Shown piece by piece: positions 36,746-45,319 of a DNA stretch of 64,000 nucleotides. The notes below the pieces were generated by a model. That model worked only from the letters and a program-made list of their open reading frames with translations, ran no database searches and had not been told where the DNA came from. The stretch's first letter is position 1, and each line of letters starts with the position of its first letter. The translations under genes and the position numbers were made by a program. The stretch is from Candidatus Lustribacter sp. (GTDB taxonomy: Bacteria; Vulcanimicrobiota; Vulcanimicrobiia; Vulcanimicrobiales; Vulcanimicrobiaceae): assembly GCA_965277805.1 (NCBI GenBank), contig OZ255842.1, positions 5,120,001-5,184,000 of the forward strand, written 5' to 3'.

Positions 36746-37833
36746 GCAACAACGTTCGAAACGAGCCCGGCGGTGCCGTGCCGGACTTCGAACGTGACGA
36801 GGCGACAATCAGCGCTTATGAAAGCGCGAAACTTCGCTATATCCGCGCCATCACGCAAGACGCCGAGACCAAATTGCGCGAGGCGTTCGGCAAGCGCCGC
36901 GAAGCGATCAACGACGAGATCGCCAATCTGCGCGGTCTCGCCAAAACGCGCGGCGACGCCGCAGCTGCCGCAGCGCAGAAGTATGCCGTCAAGCTCCCGC
37001 ATCGCGTGCGCAAGACCGGCGTGCGTCCGCCGTCGTTCTGGGAACGCCTGATGACGTTCAATTCCGTCGACAAGTATTATCGCAACGCGCAGAAGGCGGC
37101 GGAAGAACTCGACGAGGTCAACGAGCTGCTGCGCAAGCGCCGCGACCGCCTCGATGCGATGGAGCGCGAGACGCGCCGTTCGATCTATCTGCGCGAAGAA
37201 GCCGTACGCAAAAAACTGCAGACGCCCGAAGGCCTGGCCGCGCTGCACGCCGATCCGATGGTGAAGGCGGCGTTCGCAAAGATGCAAGGCGTGATGAACG
37301 AACGCGCCAAGTACGACGAGCGCGTCAAACGCGGCGAAGTGCCGCCCGAAGAAGCGCGCGATCGCGAGATGGCGCAGCGCGGCATGAAGTTCGCGACCGT
37401 GCCGCTCGAAGGCGTGATGATTTCGCGCATCGCCCGCTACGGCGCGCTCGAGTACTACGTGCTGCGCGATCTCTCCAATCACGAATACCTGATCTCGTGC
37501 GACCCGGCGCTCGAGCCGCTGCGCGACGTGGTGTTCGACATCTCGCGCTCCGCTGCGGGCTACGAAGCCTCGCTGCGCCACACGCCCGACGGCGCGCCGA
37601 TGCGCGTGCTCGATCACCTCAAAGCCGGTTTTTCCAGCAACGATGCGACCGATCTGTACGCGCGCCACCGCGCCGCACTGCGCACCGACCGCGCCACGCA
37701 AAAGACGCGTCCGCGCGATGAGAGCGAAGCGGAGATGATCGCGATGTTGGGCCTGCTGGCCGAAGCCGTCGTCAAGCGCGCGGCGTCACAAGCGGCAAAC
37801 GCCGCTGCAGCAACTGAAGATCCCGAAGCTTAG
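36742..37833 (+). CDS. Hypothetical protein with charged helical/coiled-coil N-terminal half
   Basis: 363-aa ORF with host-like codon usage; GTGA overlap with HNH gene; no recognised motif. Confidence 0.75.
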   Translation: MSNNVRNEPGGAVPDFERDEATISAYESAKLRYIRAITQDAETKLREAFGKRREAINDEIANLRGLAKTRGDAAAAAAQKYAVKLPHRVRKTGVRPPSFWERLMTFNSVDKYYRNAQKAAEELDEVNELLRKRRDRLDAMERETRRSIYLREEAVRKKLQTPEGLAALHADPMVKAAFAKMQGVMNERAKYDERVKRGEVPPEEARDREMAQRGMKFATVPLEGVMISRIARYGALEYYVLRDLSNHEYLISCDPALEPLRDVVFDISRSAAGYEASLRHTPDGAPMRVLDHLKAGFSSNDATDLYARHRAALRTDRATQKTRPRDESEAEMIAMLGLLAEAVVKRAASQAANAAAATEDPEA

Positions 37834-37894
37834 AGCATCCATAGAGCGGGCAAGCGGGGGTTTGAGCGCAAGCGTCCGCGGGGACACCCTCGGC

Positions 37895-39205
37895 GTGGCT
37901 CGCTCGCGTTTCGACGCCGTTGTGATTTGTCTAGTCCTGGCGTGCGCCGGATGCTCGTCCGGTTCTTCCGCGGCAAAGCCTTCGCCAACCCCGGGTCCGC
38001 ACGTCGACACAGTGGTCGCGAAGCAAGGCACCATTCATCCGGCCTTACAGATCGCGGGCGTCATCACGCCATTGCGGCAAGTCGGCATCGCGGCCGATCT
38101 CTCCGAGCCGATCGGCGACGTCGACGTGCAAGAGGGCGATCGCGTCCACGTGGGTCAACCGCTGGCGCACTTGATCACGGACGACCTCGAGGCGCAACTT
38201 GCCTCCGCGCAACGCACGACCGCGGAAGACGTCGCGCGCTACGCGCAAGCGGCCTACCAGACCGACGCCACCAACGCACAAGATGCGGCCGCAATTCGCT
38301 CAGCGCAAGATTCGCTGCGCCAAGCGCGCGTGAGCCTCGCCGGCGCCGAGACCGATCTCAAGCGTTACCAAACGCTGTTGGATCAAGGCTACATGGCGGC
38401 GCAAACGGTCGACCAGCAACGCACCACGGTCGCTGCGGATGCGGCGGCGGTCAGCACCGCGCAGGCGGCGCTCAATCAAGCCGTCGCCAATGCGCGCGCC
38501 AACGGCCGCGGAAACAACGCCGGCGTACAGCAAGCAGAGTTGCAGTCGGCGCGCGCGGCGGCCGATGCGGCGCAAGCGACGGTCGAGCAGCTGCGCCGTG
38601 AAATCGGCCGCGCGGCGATCGTTTCACCGCTCGACGGCGTCGTCGATGCGGTCAACGCGAATCCCGGCGAGTATCCGTCGGGCCGTCAGCTCTTCACGAT
38701 CGAACAGATCTCGAGCGTCTACGCGCTCTTACCGTCGTCGACCGCCCAGGTCGTCCAGATTCAAAACGGCGCTCCGGTTTCGCTGACGACGAGCGCGACC
38801 ACGCGCAGGGACAGCGGCAAGGTCGTGGCCGTCCTCGATGCGCTGCAGCCCGGCACGACCAACTTCACCGTGAAGGTGCTCGTCCCGAATGCCGACGGAC
38901 ATCTGCACGCCGGCATGCCGGTCAGCGGCACGGTCGCGCTGCCGCCGGTGAGCGGGATCGAGATTCCCATAACCGCCTTCATCGATGACACGCACGACGG
39001 CGTCTATACCGTCGCGAACGGCGTCGTGAGCACGACCAAGGTGACGGAAGTCAAGAACGACGGCACCAACTCGATCGTCACGGGCTTGAACGCGGGTGCG
39101 ACGATCGTAGCCAACGTCGACGACGTAAACGTCGGCAACGGCGACAAGGTCAACACCGGCCCGGTCGCGAGCCCCGAACCCGGCGCGACCCGCAAGCACA
39201 AGTAG
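37895..39205 (+). CDS. RND efflux periplasmic adaptor (MFP), probable lipoprotein
   Basis: LACAGC lipobox-like signal, VQEGDRV, long alpha-hairpin, IVSPLDGVV, LHAGM. Confidence 0.88.
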   Translation: MARSRFDAVVICLVLACAGCSSGSSAAKPSPTPGPHVDTVVAKQGTIHPALQIAGVITPLRQVGIAADLSEPIGDVDVQEGDRVHVGQPLAHLITDDLEAQLASAQRTTAEDVARYAQAAYQTDATNAQDAAAIRSAQDSLRQARVSLAGAETDLKRYQTLLDQGYMAAQTVDQQRTTVAADAAAVSTAQAALNQAVANARANGRGNNAGVQQAELQSARAAADAAQATVEQLRREIGRAAIVSPLDGVVDAVNANPGEYPSGRQLFTIEQISSVYALLPSSTAQVVQIQNGAPVSLTTSATTRRDSGKVVAVLDALQPGTTNFTVKVLVPNADGHLHAGMPVSGTVALPPVSGIEIPITAFIDDTHDGVYTVANGVVSTTKVTEVKNDGTNSIVTGLNAGATIVANVDDVNVGNGDKVNTGPVASPEPGATRKHK

Positions 39206-42200
39206 ATGTGGCTGACGCGCGTTTTCATCAAGCGGCCGACGCTGGTCTTCGTCTTCATTGCGTTGACCTTGATCGCGGCCGTGATGGCGCTGCAGTCGCT
39301 GGTGGTGCAGGAACAACCCAATAGCGGGCTGCCCGGCATCACGATCAGCGTCGGCTTCGCCGGTGCGTCCACGACCGAACTGCAAACGGAAGTCGCCGAG
39401 CCGATCGAAGATCAGCTTGCCGGCACGCCCTATCTCGTCACCCAAAGCACGACGATCGAGAGCGGTTCGGTCTCGATCTCGGCCACGTTCTCGCTGCAGT
39501 CGACCAATCCCGAGAACATCGCCAACGTCGAGAAGGCGATCCAGTCGGCGCAGCGTCAGCTGCCGGCCGGGATCACCTCGCCCACGCTGCGCGTTGCCAA
39601 CCCGAGCGAACCGGTCATCGTCACGCTGGCGCTGATCTCGAAGAAGTACGATCAAGCCGAACTCGGGACGCTCGCCAACAATACGGTCGTGCCGGCCATC
39701 GAGCAGCTCCCGGGCGTGTCGAACGTCAACGTCGCGGGCACCACGCAGCCGACGTTCACCGTTACCGTCGATCCGAATTTGCTCGCCGCCAACAACCTGA
39801 CCTTGAGCGACGTCGTCGGCTCGATCACGCCCAACAACGTGCGCGCGCCGGGCGGCTACGTCTATGGGCCTTCGCGCGAAACCGAGCTCGACGTGCGCGG
39901 CGATCTCGCGACGCCGCAGCAAGTCGCCGACCTCCCGATTCACGTGACCTACAGCGGCACGACCAACGCTCCCTCGACGGGCGGGAGCGGTTCGTACGCG
40001 AGCGGGCTCGGCGGCCCGGTCGGCGCGGCAAACGTGCCGATCATCGTCGTCGGCGCGACGCCGGTGCCGGCGGTGGTCGGCGATGAGCCGCGTCCAGTGC
40101 GCTCGGACGTGAACTTTGGAACGGCGGGCGGCAACAGCGCCGGCAGCGCAGCGGGGGCGTCTCTCTCCTCGAGCGGTTCGACCGCCAATACCGGCGCGAG
40201 CGTGCCGGTCGACCAGCCGGTGAACACGCAATCGTCGTCGGGTACGAATGCGGCGGGCGCGTCGAGCGCCACCACTGCCGCGGCCGCCGGCGGCGCGCAG
40301 CCGTCGGGCGCCGCGAGTTCGTTCGGCAGTGGCAGCGGGGTTGCGACGTCACCGTTCGTCGGCGCGTTGCAGTCGTGGGCCGTGCCGAGCGCGGACCGCC
40401 GCATCTCCGATGTCGCCAGCGTTGTTGCATCGACCGTCGTGCCGCGCATCTCGGCTTCGCAAAACGGTCACCCGGGCGTCACGCTCAGCATTCAGAAGCA
40501 AGCCGATGCGAGCGAGGTCACGGTCTCCGGTGAAGTGCTCAAGGCGCTGCCCGCACTCGAACGTCAATTTCCCGACATCCAATTTCAAGTCGCGCACGTG
40601 CAGTCGACGTTCACCGAAGAGCAGGTCGAAGGCGTCGAACACACGCTGATCGAGGGCATCATCCTCACCTCGATCGTGATGCTGTTCTTCCTCGGCTCAT
40701 GGCGCAACGCGGTCGTCGTGATGATCGCGATTCCGACGTCGCTCGGCGTGACGCTCTTCATCATGAACGCCCTCGGGCTCACGCTCGACACGGTGTCGCT
40801 GATGGCGATGACGCTCGTCATCGGCATCCTGATCGACGACTCGACGGTCGTGCTCGAGAATATCGAGCGCCACCATGACGCGGGCGAGTCGCCGGCCGAT
40901 GCGGCGATCAACGGGCGGACCGAGATCGGTCAGGCCGCGATCGTGATCACCTTGGTCGACGTCGTCGTCTTCTTGCCGCTGGCGTTCGTCGGCGGCCAGA
41001 TCGGCCGGCAACTCAACGAATTCGCGATCGTCATCGTGGTCGCTACGATGACGTCGCTCTTGGTGTCGTTTACGATTACCCCGACGCTGGCCGGGCTGTG
41101 GTCGCTGAAGTCCAAATGGAAACCGTGGAAACCGATCGTGTGGTTCGACACGCACTTCAACCGTTTGCGCGCGCGCTATCACGAGAAGTGGCTCCCGGCG
41201 ATGATGGCCCGGCCGTGGCCGCTGCTCGCGGGCGCCGTAATCCTGTGCATCCTCGCCTATCTGCTCGTGCCGACCGGTCTCGTCGGCGAAGAGTACATCC
41301 CGGCGGAAGACCAGGGCATCATCTACGCGCAACTGGCGTTTCCGCCGGGCCATCCGCTCACCCAGACGACCGTCGCGATGCAGAAATTGGAAGCTGCGAC
41401 AAAGCAAGTCATCTCGCCGCACGATCTGCAATACGAAACGACGACGGCCGGCGCGTACAGCGCGGCCTTCGGCGGGTTCGCGCAAGAGGGCAACGTCGGA
41501 CAGATCTCGATCTTCCTCAACGACGACCGCTCGACGTCGACCTACGACTACGTTGGGAAACTGCTAAAGCGCTACCAGCAGGTCGAGCCGTCGGCGCAGA
41601 TCAGCGTGGCGTCGGCCACGCAACAGGGCGGCGGCAATCAACAGCAGATCGACGAGCTGGTCTCGGCGTCCGGCACGACCGATCCGTCGCCGTATGCCGC
41701 CAAAGTCTTCACCGCGCTGCAGCAAACGCCCGGGGCGACCGGCGTGCAGGACAGTCAGACCAACGCCGCGCCGCAGATGGAGATCGACTTCAACCGCGCG
41801 GCGCTGCAGTCGCTCGACGTGAGCATCGGCACGGCGGCGGACGCCGTCGAAGCGGCGTTCGGCGGCGATGTGGCCTCGCAGATCGAGACACCCGACCGCG
41901 GCCTCACCGACATCGAGGTCATGTATCCGCGCAGCGATCAGACCTCGCTCGATCAAGTGCTCGCGATTCCGCTCCGCGCGGAGAACGGCGGGATCGTGCG
42001 CCTCGGCGACGTGGCATATCTCAAGTCGGTCCCCGCCCCGCTGATCATCACGCGCCAGAACCGCGCGCAGGTCGTGCACATCACGGGCAACGTTGCGCCC
42101 GGTTACGAACTCTCGAACGTCACGAACGCGTTCCAGAAACAAGTCGCGGCCTTACACTTGCCCAAGACCGTCACGATCCGGCCGGCCGCGCAGGGCCAGC

Positions 42201-42793
42201 AAGACCTGATGGGCCAAGCGCTCACGGCGCTGCTCTCTTCGCTCGCGATCTCGATCGTGCTCGTGTTCTTGCTGATCGTGACGCTCTACAACAGTTACCG
42301 CACGCCGTTCGTGACGCTCTTCGCCATTCCGGTCGCGGTGATCGGCGCGCTCGGCGCGTTATGGATCACGCACAACACGCTCAACCTGTACTCGCTGCTC
42401 GGCATGATCTTGCTCGTCGGCCTCGTGACGAAGAACGGCATCCTGCTGGTCGACTACGCGGATACGGTGCGCGTGCGCGAAGGGCGCTCGCGCGAAGAAG
42501 GCATCCAAGAGGCCGCCTCGACGCGGTTCCGTCCGATCATCATGACGACCGTTGCAATGGTCGCCGGCATGTTGCCGCTCGCGCTCGGTCTCGAACCCGG
42601 TACCGCCACGCGCACGTCACTCGCCATCGTCGTGATCGGCGGCCTCATGAGCTCGCTCGTCCTTACGCTCTTCATCGTCCCGATCATGTACCGCTGGATC
42701 GCCCCGAAAGAACTCAAAGAAGAAACCCACCTCTCCTCCGACCCGCCCCGCACTAAGAATGTCATTCCGAGCGGAGCGCCGGAGGGCGCGTAG
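39206..42793 (+). CDS. RND efflux permease (AcrB/D/F family) with about 150-aa insertion
   Basis: FIKRP, GILIDDSTVVLENI, VSFTITP, GLVTKNGILLVDY, RFRPIIMTT. Confidence 0.93.
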   Translation: MWLTRVFIKRPTLVFVFIALTLIAAVMALQSLVVQEQPNSGLPGITISVGFAGASTTELQTEVAEPIEDQLAGTPYLVTQSTTIESGSVSISATFSLQSTNPENIANVEKAIQSAQRQLPAGITSPTLRVANPSEPVIVTLALISKKYDQAELGTLANNTVVPAIEQLPGVSNVNVAGTTQPTFTVTVDPNLLAANNLTLSDVVGSITPNNVRAPGGYVYGPSRETELDVRGDLATPQQVADLPIHVTYSGTTNAPSTGGSGSYASGLGGPVGAANVPIIVVGATPVPAVVGDEPRPVRSDVNFGTAGGNSAGSAAGASLSSSGSTANTGASVPVDQPVNTQSSSGTNAAGASSATTAAAAGGAQPSGAASSFGSGSGVATSPFVGALQSWAVPSADRRISDVASVVASTVVPRISASQNGHPGVTLSIQKQADASEVTVSGEVLKALPALERQFPDIQFQVAHVQSTFTEEQVEGVEHTLIEGIILTSIVMLFFLGSWRNAVVVMIAIPTSLGVTLFIMNALGLTLDTVSLMAMTLVIGILIDDSTVVLENIERHHDAGESPADAAINGRTEIGQAAIVITLVDVVVFLPLAFVGGQIGRQLNEFAIVIVVATMTSLLVSFTITPTLAGLWSLKSKWKPWKPIVWFDTHFNRLRARYHEKWLPAMMARPWPLLAGAVILCILAYLLVPTGLVGEEYIPAEDQGIIYAQLAFPPGHPLTQTTVAMQKLEAATKQVISPHDLQYETTTAGAYSAAFGGFAQEGNVGQISIFLNDDRSTSTYDYVGKLLKRYQQVEPSAQISVASATQQGGGNQQQIDELVSASGTTDPSPYAAKVFTALQQTPGATGVQDSQTNAAPQMEIDFNRAALQSLDVSIGTAADAVEAAFGGDVASQIETPDRGLTDIEVMYPRSDQTSLDQVLAIPLRAENGGIVRLGDVAYLKSVPAPLIITRQNRAQVVHITGNVAPGYELSNVTNAFQKQVAALHLPKTVTIRPAAQGQQDLMGQALTALLSSLAISIVLVFLLIVTLYNSYRTPFVTLFAIPVAVIGALGALWITHNTLNLYSLLGMILLVGLVTKNGILLVDYADTVRVREGRSREEGIQEAASTRFRPIIMTTVAMVAGMLPLALGLEPGTATRTSLAIVVIGGLMSSLVLTLFIVPIMYRWIAPKELKEETHLSSDPPRTKNVIPSGAPEGA

Positions 42794-42868
42794 ACGAGGA
42801 ACCGAGAGCGGCGAGATTATCTCTCGTTCCTCATCTGCGCGCCATGCGGCGCTCCGTTCGGAATGACA
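42760..42868. repeat. REP/MITE-like palindromic element (109 bp)
   Basis: 21-bp terminal inverted repeats TGTCATTCCGAGCGGAGCGCC / GGCGCTCCGTTCGGAATGACA with one mismatch, plus inner pairing. Confidence 0.8.
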
Positions 42869-42901
42869 AAATGAGAAATGACAGATTTTACGCGGCAAAT
42901 A

Positions 42902-44095
42902 TTATAAGAAGTAGTTGCCCGCTAGCACGTGATAGGTTTCTTCGGCGGGGTTGAAGGTGACGCCGAGCGGGTCGCCGCCGGCTTTGACCGCGGCGATTTG
43001 CTGGCGCAGGAAGTGACGCAGGCGGCCGACGCCGCGATCGCTGCCGGTGAGGTTTTCCTCGGAGTGCAGTGAGATCGGGCCCTGTCCGACTTGCGCTTCC
43101 CAGTCGCCGGGGATCGCCTGATGTTCGGCTTCGGTGAGTTGGCTCCACTTGCGCCCGTCGATGATCGGCCGCGACTTCACTTCGAAGCCTTCGGGCGCGC
43201 GGAAGATGTGGAAGAGGCGGAAGTGCGTGTCGTCGACCGGCAGCACGAAGCCCACCGACTTCGGCTGGCCGGGCTTGAGGTGGATGTCGGGCACGATGCG
43301 CACGTTCGGGAAGAGCGCTTGCGTGACGCGGTTCATCTTTCGCCCGTCGGGCAACTCGCGATACGCGGTGTACTTCATGCCGTGGTCGGCGTGATCGTAG
43401 GTGACGTCGGGCATCACGCCCATCTCTTCCACGAACTGCACGCCGCTGAACGACGTGTGCAGAATCGGCACGTGGAAGGGATCCATGATGTTTTCCCAGT
43501 CCTGCAGCCAGTTGCACGGCACGATCTCGACCGTGTCGTCGCCGCCGCCGCCGAAACTCGAACCGGTGGCGTAGTAGATCTCGCCGGGCTCGATGCCTTC
43601 GAGCGTATCGTAACGCGGTAGGAGCGGCTTCTTTTCCGGCGGCCCCATGTAGGCCCAGATCATACCGTAACGCTCTTCGACTTCATACCACGGCTGACGG
43701 ATGAGATCGCGGTTGTGCGAAGCGCCGCCGGGTTCGCACGGCTGGTCCAGCACGCGGCCGTCGACGCTGAACAGCCAGCCGTGATAACAGCAGCGGATGC
43801 CGTCGTCTTCGCACTTGCCGTAGAAGAGCGTCGTGCCGCGATGCGCGCAGCGCGGGTAGAGCAGACCCGGCCGGCCCTTCTTGTCGCGAAAGACGATCAG
43901 GTCTTCGCCGAGGATGCGCACGTTTTGCGGCACCGCGACGACCTTGTTCGCGACGGCGACGGGATGCCAGTAGCGGCGCATGTACTCGCCGCACGGCGTT
44001 CCCGGGCCGACTTCGGTCAGCTCGCGATCGTAGGTTGCTTCCGGGCGGCCGTAGGCGGTTCCGGATGCCGTTGGACGGGATTCGGTCGTGCTCAT
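42902..44095 (-). CDS. Rieske aromatic oxygenase alpha subunit (phthalate 4,5-dioxygenase/PobA-like group)
   Basis: VGPGTPCGEYMRRYW, CAHRG..CCYHGW Rieske site, ENIMDPFHVPILH mononuclear Fe site. Confidence 0.9.
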   Translation of the reverse strand: MSTTESRPTASGTAYGRPEATYDRELTEVGPGTPCGEYMRRYWHPVAVANKVVAVPQNVRILGEDLIVFRDKKGRPGLLYPRCAHRGTTLFYGKCEDDGIRCCYHGWLFSVDGRVLDQPCEPGGASHNRDLIRQPWYEVEERYGMIWAYMGPPEKKPLLPRYDTLEGIEPGEIYYATGSSFGGGGDDTVEIVPCNWLQDWENIMDPFHVPILHTSFSGVQFVEEMGVMPDVTYDHADHGMKYTAYRELPDGRKMNRVTQALFPNVRIVPDIHLKPGQPKSVGFVLPVDDTHFRLFHIFRAPEGFEVKSRPIIDGRKWSQLTEAEHQAIPGDWEAQVGQGPISLHSEENLTGSDRGVGRLRHFLRQQIAAVKAGGDPLGVTFNPAEETYHVLAGNYFL

Positions 44096-44146
44096 GGCCT
44101 GTGCTGCGGCGAGGAGAATCCGCGTGCCTTCCAACACGGTGCCTGC

Positions 44147-45319
44147 ATGAAACGAGCTTTCGTGTCGGGTCTCGCCGCCGTCGCGGCCGCGGTCCTGATC
44201 GCCCCGACCGCCGGCGCCGATGCGCCGTCGCTGAAGATCGGCCTGGTGTCGACGCTTTCCGGCAATTTCACCGAGGCCGGCAAAACGGGCGATGCCGCAA
44301 TGGCGGCGTTCTTCAAGGAACACGGCGACACGGTTGCGGGCCGCAAGGTCGTGATCATCAAACGCGACGACGGCGGCAACGCGCCCGATACGGCCAAGCG
44401 GCTGGCGCAGGAGCTAATCGTTTCCGAGCACGTCGATTTTCTCATGGGCCTCGTGTTTTCACCGAACGCGAAAGCGGTCGGTGACGTATCGACCAGCGCC
44501 AAGATGCCGACCTTTATCACCAACGCGGCGTCGAACGGCATTCTCGAAAACAATCCCTACATGGCGCGCTTCAGTTACACCGAGGGCGAGCTGACGCAAC
44601 CTCTGGCGCAGTGGGCGCTCAAGAACAATATCAAGAGCGTCTACACCATCGTGCTCGATTACGCGACCGGCATCGATGCCGCGTCGGGCTTCGAGAGCGT
44701 GTATACGGCGGGCGGCGGCAAGGTGGTCGGCAACGTGCACGTGCCGCTCAACGCGCAAGACTTCGCGCCGTACGTGCAGCGCATCAAAGAGGCGCATCCG
44801 CAGGCGGTGTTTGCGTTCCTCAGCACGTCGGCCGGTCCGTTTCTGAAAGCCTGGTCGGCGGCAGGCGGACCCGCCACCGGCGCCAAGATTCTCGCGACCG
44901 GCGAGTTCACGATCGAATCGTCGCTGCCGGTCTACGGCGACGGCGCCCTCGGCGTGATCACCGCGATGAACTATGCCGGCTCGCACAACTCGCCGCTCAA
45001 CAAGCAGCTCGCGCGCGACATGCACGCCGTCGATCCATCGATCGACGAACCGAGCTTCGCGGACGTCGCGACCTACGACGTGCTCTCGGCGATTTACAAA
45101 GCCGTCGCGGCGCAGAAGGGCAATCTCGATCCGGAAAAGACCATGGCGCTCGTGCGCGGCATGAAGATCGAGAGCGCGCGCGGGCCGATCATGATCGATC
45201 CGCAAACGCGCGACATCGTGCAGAACATCTACATCCGCCGCGTCGACAAGGTCGACGGAAAATACCAGAACACCGAGATCGCGACGTACCCGAACGTGCG
45301 CGATCCCTTAGAGCACTAA
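44147..45319 (+). CDS. ABC substrate-binding protein, LivJ/Peripla_BP_6 family (aromatic-acid type)
   Basis: Signal peptide; HGDTVAGRKV..RDD, AKRLAQEL, DFAPYVQRIK, RGPIMIDPQTRDIVQNIYIR. Confidence 0.87.
   Translation: MKRAFVSGLAAVAAAVLIAPTAGADAPSLKIGLVSTLSGNFTEAGKTGDAAMAAFFKEHGDTVAGRKVVIIKRDDGGNAPDTAKRLAQELIVSEHVDFLMGLVFSPNAKAVGDVSTSAKMPTFITNAASNGILENNPYMARFSYTEGELTQPLAQWALKNNIKSVYTIVLDYATGIDAASGFESVYTAGGGKVVGNVHVPLNAQDFAPYVQRIKEAHPQAVFAFLSTSAGPFLKAWSAAGGPATGAKILATGEFTIESSLPVYGDGALGVITAMNYAGSHNSPLNKQLARDMHAVDPSIDEPSFADVATYDVLSAIYKAVAAQKGNLDPEKTMALVRGMKIESARGPIMIDPQTRDIVQNIYIRRVDKVDGKYQNTEIATYPNVRDPLEH

Noticed and set aside
39941..40396. Intein in the RND permease
   Set aside because: No His-Asn C-terminal splice motif or endonuclease; composition is low-complexity
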